Of a stretch of 64,000 nucleotides of DNA, positions 62,441-64,000 are shown piece by piece; position 1 is the stretch's first letter; each line of letters opens with the position of its first letter. Position numbers and translations under genes: made by a program. This stretch comes from Sandaracinaceae bacterium. Lineage in GTDB: Bacteria; Myxococcota_A; Polyangia; Polyangiales; Sandaracinaceae. Below the pieces are notes generated by a model that was not told where the DNA came from, did no database searches, and saw only the letters and a program-made list of their open reading frames with translations. The stretch covers positions 32,001 to 96,000 of the forward strand of contig JBGAQA010000006.1 in assembly GCA_044220955.1 (NCBI GenBank), given 5' to 3'.

Positions 62441-63871
62441 GTGAACGATTCGAAGAACGCACACGCACGCGCGCACGGGGTCCTCGCTCTCGCGCTGCTC
62501 GCTCTGACGATGGTCGCGTCCAGCGCGCGGGCGCAGACCGCCGACTCGACGACCGGCAGCGCTCCGACGGACGGCACGGCCGCGACGCCGGACCCCGGTG
62601 CGGCGCCTGAAGGCGGCGCCGCCACGGACGGCGCCCCGGCGGACGCCGGGTCCGCCGACACGACCACTGCGACCACCACGACCACGACGGCGGCCAGCCC
62701 CCCGTCGGACGCGTCTGCGCTCGGGGACGGCTCGGGCACGACGACGCCGACGACGACGACGACGGCACCTGACACGACCACGACCACGACCACGACGACG
62801 CCGACGAGCGGCAACCCGGACGAGGTCGCCGAAGAGATCCAGTCCGAGCGCGAGCCGCTCGCGTGGCGCAACAGCTACTTCAACTACTCGATCAACTCGT
62901 CGTTCTGCTCGTTCTCGCGCGACTGTCAGCTCTCCTACAACCCGACCGTCTACACGTTCCTGTCGCTCTCGCCGCGCTGGTACCTGGATCCGGCGACGTT
63001 CTTCTCGTTCTACCAGGCGTTCTACATCGAGCACACGGACGACGACGGCGCGACCTACCAGCACGAGTTCCAGCTCTTCGACACCCGCATCGCGCTCAAC
63101 CACCGCGAGGCGCTCGGCGACAACTTCCTCGTCGTCGTCGGCGGCTCCCTCTGGCTCCCGACGTCCAAGGGCAGCCAGGCGCAGCAGCGCTACTTCCGCC
63201 TGGGTGGCTCGCTCAGCGCCACGTGGTCGCCGAACGTGGGCGGGTTCAACCTCTCGCTCCAGACGTCGTACGTGCGCTGGTTCGCCGGCAGCAACACCGC
63301 GCTCACCCAGTCGCCCTACGCGGGCAGCCCCGCCGGCCCGACGCTCGCGACGCCGACCGGCGACCAGTCGGCCAACCAGGCCAGCTCGACGACGGGCGAG
63401 GTCGACCGCATCAGCGCCGGCATCACGGCGAACTGGGCGCCCCTCGAGGGCTTCACGATCACGCTCCAGATCTTCTACTTCTGGATCCAGGGGTGGGGCC
63501 TCGGCAACGCCGCCATCGCCGCGAACACCGTGACGGGGTCGTCCATCCTGGTCGGTGACACGTCGCCGACGCACTGGCGGGCCTTCGACTCGTACGCGAT
63601 CTACTTCCAGTACGACTTCGTGCCGTGGTTCCAGGGCTGGATCGGTTTCGCGAACTCGACCCAGCTCGCCTCGGTCATCAGCGAGGACGGCAGCGTCCGC
63701 TCGCCGGTCAACCTCTACGACATGCAGGTCTCGCTCGGCGCGACCATCACGCTCGACTCGCTCTACGAGTCGTTCGCGGTGTCCGGCGAGGACGACGGCC
63801 TGACGCCCGAGCAGCGGCAGCGCCGCCGCCAGGGTCTCGCACAGCGCTCGTCCAGCGGAGGCTCGCTGTGA
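62441..63871 (+). CDS. Secreted protein, Thr-rich linker + probable outer-membrane beta-barrel
   Basis: Signal peptide ..SSARA|Q; poly-Thr linker; alternating aromatic beta-strand pattern; start could be 62420 or 62441. Confidence 0.7.
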   Translation: MNDSKNAHARAHGVLALALLALTMVASSARAQTADSTTGSAPTDGTAATPDPGAAPEGGAATDGAPADAGSADTTTATTTTTTAASPPSDASALGDGSGTTTPTTTTTAPDTTTTTTTTTPTSGNPDEVAEEIQSEREPLAWRNSYFNYSINSSFCSFSRDCQLSYNPTVYTFLSLSPRWYLDPATFFSFYQAFYIEHTDDDGATYQHEFQLFDTRIALNHREALGDNFLVVVGGSLWLPTSKGSQAQQRYFRLGGSLSATWSPNVGGFNLSLQTSYVRWFAGSNTALTQSPYAGSPAGPTLATPTGDQSANQASSTTGEVDRISAGITANWAPLEGFTITLQIFYFWIQGWGLGNAAIAANTVTGSSILVGDTSPTHWRAFDSYAIYFQYDFVPWFQGWIGFANSTQLASVISEDGSVRSPVNLYDMQVSLGATITLDSLYESFAVSGEDDGLTPEQRQRRRQGLAQRSSSGGSL

Positions 63872-63951
63872 GCGCCAACCACCCCGTGAAGACAATCGAG
63901 ACGACGATGATGAACAACGCAGTCGACAGTGGTCGTGTGGAGGCCAAGACG

Positions 63952-64000
63952 ATGGCAAGCCTTCGGTGGGGTTACGTTCTCTCGCTCCTGGCGGTGCTCG
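63952..64000 (+). CDS. Start of an exported protein (3' partial)
   Basis: GGAGG RBS + MASLRWGYVLSLLAVL; runs off the window. Confidence 0.45.
   Translation, partial: MASLRWGYVLSLLAVL

Overview
Very GC-rich window whose gene content points to a myxobacterium (inferred from MYXO-CTERM tails, four Hanks-type Ser/Thr kinases, PEGA/TPR proteins and AgmX-like motifs). Main findings: (i) a ~7.7 kb decaying genomic island at tRNA-Leu(CAG), bounded by a 33/35-bp copy of the tRNA 3' half (5946-5980 vs 13608-13642). It has no integrase and several broken genes, but keeps an intact three-gene candidate defence cassette (unusual N-domain+HNH nuclease, small conserved protein, NUDIX). (ii) a fimU-pilV-pilW-pilX-pilY1 minor pilin cluster. 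(iii) two tandem giant FecR-VIT-vWA-TPR lipoproteins flanked by a membrane kinase and a kinase-STAND-TPR protein. (iv) a TatT/unknown/DctP cluster lacking membrane subunits. (v) a tRNA cluster (Arg-ACG, Ser-CGA, Ser-GGA, Ser-GCT) with a TIMP-like gene inside it. (vi) several apparent pseudo-enzymes: a PtsP-like protein without its phospho-His, a glutaredoxin without its active-site Cys, and a zincin-like protein without the HExxH Glu. Also present are an ACE-like M2 peptidase, an SPFH pair, Coq4/TetR with an operator, an M16 peptidase pair and a predicted beta-barrel gene downstream of a sigma54 motif. All family assignments come from motif recognition by eye, with no database searches.
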